Of a stretch of 64,000 bases of DNA, positions 61,001 to 64,000 are shown piece by piece (the stretch's first letter is position 1; every line of letters begins with the position of its first letter). This DNA comes from Lama guanicoe (taxonomy: Eukaryota), in the NCBI GenBank assembly GCA_013239625.1, contig MU053758.1, positions 1,798,001 through 1,862,000 on the forward strand. The letters are read 5' to 3'. The notes beneath the pieces are model-generated. The model saw only the letters and a program-made list of their open reading frames with translations, ran no database searches and had not been told where the DNA came from. The position numbers and the translations under genes were made by a program.

Positions 61001-62754
61001 GGCAGGGAGGGGATTGCAGGCAGCCTGTGTGGGATCCTGGGGAGGTGGAGTGCGCAGGCACTGCACAAATGGGAAGGAAACCAGTGTAGCTGCAACAGAG
61101 ACGGGGGAGCGGCGCAAGGTAACAGGGGTCAGGAAACCAGGTTCAGGAGCAGTGGAGAGCTGTGGTTGCTGTAGTTCACAGGCACCAATGTGTTTTTGTT
61201 TTTTTTTAACTGAAGTATCACTGATTTATGATGTTGTGCTAGTTTCAGCTAATGTGTTCTCTTCAGTGTCTAGAAATGCGCTTGTGCTGTCAGTCCACGG
61301 GGCCTGGAAAGCTGCCAGTGCGTGCGTCAGCACAGCCTGTTCCCATACTGCTGCCTTCGGTGCACACATCCCCCTGACAGGAGTTGAAGAACATCAGTTG
61401 TTACATCTGGGGTTTAAATAACCTCTTGTCACTGTCACCTGGACTTCAAACAGCCTTTAACCCACAAGAATTAGGCATATCAACTCTCGAGTCATTTGTC
61501 CATGCCAAAACATTTGCTCCACTTATTCCCATTATGTGGAAATTAGAGTCGTAGCCTCTCCAAGCCCCAGAGAGAAGGCAGCCACAGAGCTGGGAAACAC
61601 AGAACCTCTTACCTTGAGGTCATACTTGCGGTGTACAGTGAGCCGATGGCTGAACACATTCCTGGTGACCACCATGTAGGTTTCCACGCCATCCACGGTC
61701 AGGCGGTACATGCCCAGGAACTGTGGCAGAAGGGTATTGCCATGACACTCCACTATAAACTAGAAAGGAAGGGAGGAAAGGAACGTATGAAGGTGCCAGG
61801 ATGGGCAGGGCTCTCCCCAGGCTGAAATGTTCCCTAGGATTCTAGCCTCTGGACTATTGGTTTTCAAATTGAATTTTGTGAAGTCATGGGGTTCCTCAGA
61901 CTCACAATAGACAACAGCTGCCCAGAGTGAGAGGCTGGGCAGGCAGTGCAGAGCCCCTTCACCTTAATATTATTAGGATTTTGAAGGAAAATCGCTGATC
62001 TAGGCCTTGCATCTCCTCTGCCGGCCTGAAATGGGAACGCCTAAGGGCAGAAAGGGGATGCAGAGGCAGGACTATGATGCGGCCGTCTGGGAAAACAGAA
62101 TGACTCCTTCCCCAGAGCTCTCACCCACACCATGCCCCATGTCTTCTGCTCTAACTCCCCAAACACTGCAAGTCCCTTTCACCACTTCTTAGGTGCCCAG
62201 AGAGAAGCCAGCTTTCCCTGAAGACCCAGGCAGGCTGAGGACAGGCACTCCCTGCTAGGCTTCAGAGGAGAGGAGGGTGGAACAGGAAAAGCAGCAGCCC
62301 TGCTGAGCAGACAGGACCTCTTTTAGAAGAAATGAGGCAGGTGCCAGAGTGCAAAAACATCCCAACTCTGATGAGAAACAGCTGTTCAGCTGGGACTGTG
62401 TCCATGACATGCCTTCATTTCTTTTTTCTTTTTCTCAAGTAGGCATTTCACCTCACAGAAACATGGCCCTGGGGGAGGACAAGTGCCTGGTTCTCAGGCG
62501 GCATCTGCCATTACCAGAGAGGACGGAGCCCTCCCCAAGGACCTCTCTCTTCTCCCTCCTCCAGCCCATCCTCTGCTGTCCAGGCTCAGGACTCACCATA
62601 CCTGGTGGTATTTCTTTAAGATGTTGTGCATCTCAGCCACATCCTCACTTGACACAGTCTTGATCACGAAGCGCCGGTCATAGGTGGTGAGGAAACGTGT
62701 GCCACATCGGCCCTGGCTGTCGCTGTTGATGGGGGCACTGCGCGTCACTGAATT
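52036..62754 (-). CDS. PIP4K2B: Phosphatidylinositol 5-phosphate 4-kinase type-2 beta. 5'-partial, last 7 coding exons
   Basis: Exons (minus strand): 62754-62602, 61759-61613, 60512-60474, 59991-59878, 53571-53313, 52845-52742, 52116-52036 (TAG). PIPK motifs [28 protein letters not shown] and AIIDIL; ends [16 protein letters not shown]. Confidence 0.97.
54557..55777 (+). mobile_element. Younger L1 with 5' inversion (twin priming), nested in the older L1
   Basis: 54557-~55170 is L1 ORF2 on the minus strand; 55171-55777 is L1 on the plus strand ending AATAAA…A-tail. A 15-nt sequence is shared in inverted orientation at the junctions. Confidence 0.88.
56564..56622 (+). mobile_element. Short, internally deleted tRNA-derived SINE
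   Basis: GGG…TAACTCAGTGGTAGAGTATATGCTTAGCAT head and an A-tail, flanked by the 12-nt TSD AAAAGAATCTGG (56552-56563, 56623-56634). Confidence 0.75.
56985..57011. repeat. (GT)n microsatellite
   Basis: Directly visible. Confidence 0.9.
58023..58865. mobile_element. MLT2-like (ERVL) solo LTR with 5-bp TSD
   Basis: Starts TGTGATGGTTAATTTTATG and ends …tctgtttctctggagaatcttaactaatgta. TSD CCAAG at 58018-58022 and 58866-58870. Confidence 0.85.
58340..58555 (+). mobile_element. Young L1 3'-end fragment inserted within the LTR
   Basis: Closely similar to 55550-55765 (gggatttcaaa…gtagaatagataaacaagatt…cactggaatttgacacaacattgtaaaatga). Confidence 0.85.
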
Positions 62755-64000
62755 CTGAGGGACCGAGACAAAAGCGGGCTGGCCTTGGGAGGGGAACAAG
62801 GACTCTGACTTTTACTGAGTCTTCTCTCATGGGCCAGACTGTTCTAAAGCCAACAACACTAAGAACGATGGGAACTTACCCCACCTCTTTTCTAATGAAA
62901 GTTCACATCTCTCCCAAAAATCTTCCTCAAGAGAGACAAAAGTTGTTCCTTACCACCTGCTCCTAATCCTTGATTGGGATGGCTAGAGGACTGACTATGA
63001 ACCATTTCCTTTCACTCTGATCCCAGAGAGCTACTCTATAAACTAAAACTCAAGCCTCGGATGGTAGAGCAGGCCTCTTATCCTGATGCTCACATGTAAC
63101 ACGACCTTGGGTGAGCCACTAAACTTCTCCACTCCTGAGTGTCCTCACCTAGAACACAAGCAGGCAGACAAGAGATGACTTCCCCAGTCTCTTTGAGTAA
63201 CAAAGATAAGAAGTCTAGCACAAAGAAGGAATGGACACAGTCCTCTTTATTTTCTGTATGTACCCTGATGCTTCTCAAAGCAGGAAGTTGGTCCTCACTG
63301 CTCTGCCCAACACCTCTCCCCTCGCCTTCCCCTCACCTCAGACTCCTGCCTGTCTGTGCAGAGCTCTGAGGCAGATCTGGGGAGCTTTTCTAGTTCTATC
63401 TCGGCTCCTCCCATTCCCACTAGGACTAGAAGGCAAGGGGAAGCCTTAAGGGGGGAGGGAGTAGGGAAGGTATGAGTCAACCAAAGGGCTGTGTTCAACA
63501 GGCAGCTGCCGGGAAAAGACCTTCAGGAGGTCAGAAGGCAGAGAGGACTGGCAAGTATGGTTCTATCCCTGCCTCATTTCCAGGCAGTGTTTCCTGACTC
63601 TCTAAATCACTGGGAGTCTAAGAGCACAGAGCCCCTTCCCCGAGGACCATCCTCCAGGCCCCACTGCAGTCTTGAGCACAATCATTTGCCCACAAGGCTA
63701 TTAGAGAAAACATGCTGACACTGAGAGGATGTGGTTAGATGGCCAAGGGGAAAGGAAAGAGCCACAGTGGAAGGAAGACACTCGAGCAACCTGAGGTTGC
63801 AATAATGGCACGAAGTTTTCAGAAAACCTCATGCTCTGATCAGGTCATGATTTAGTTCAGGGTTGGTCCCAACAGGAGGGGCTGGAGGACCTCCCACCAC
63901 CTCTTAGATACAGCCATTCCTGACTGTTCAAGTCCCTGGCATCTCTCCCTCCTCTCATGTTCCCTCCCCCTCCTCCTCAGTAGGTCCTCCAGAGTGGAGG

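Overview
This is mammalian genomic DNA syntenic with human 17q12, with gene order MLLT6(+), CISD3(+), PCGF2(-), tRNA-Asn(GTT)(-), PSMB3(+), PIP4K2B(-). The SINE and L1 content suggests an artiodactyl, possibly a camelid (inference). MLLT6 lacks its first exons, which lie upstream of the window. PIP4K2B lacks its first exons, which lie beyond the window end. CISD3, PCGF2 and PSMB3 are complete. I traced all coding exons by hand, and the splice phases are consistent with no frameshifts or premature stops. I see no convincing novel biological system; the window is a known, conserved gene cluster. The observations most worth checking are: (1) an apparently mutated splice acceptor (CAG>CCG) at CISD3 exon 2 with in-frame rescue sites; (2) a GC-AG intron and a NAGNAG acceptor in PCGF2; (3) a twin-primed L1 nested inside an older L1 in PIP4K2B, creating long inverted repeats; (4) a GC-box-dense intragenic CpG island just before the MLLT6 leucine-zipper exon; (5) several RFX X-box palindromes; (6) a hairpin and UGUA element upstream of the MLLT6 poly(A) signal. 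Repeat family names and human protein comparisons come from memory, not from searches.
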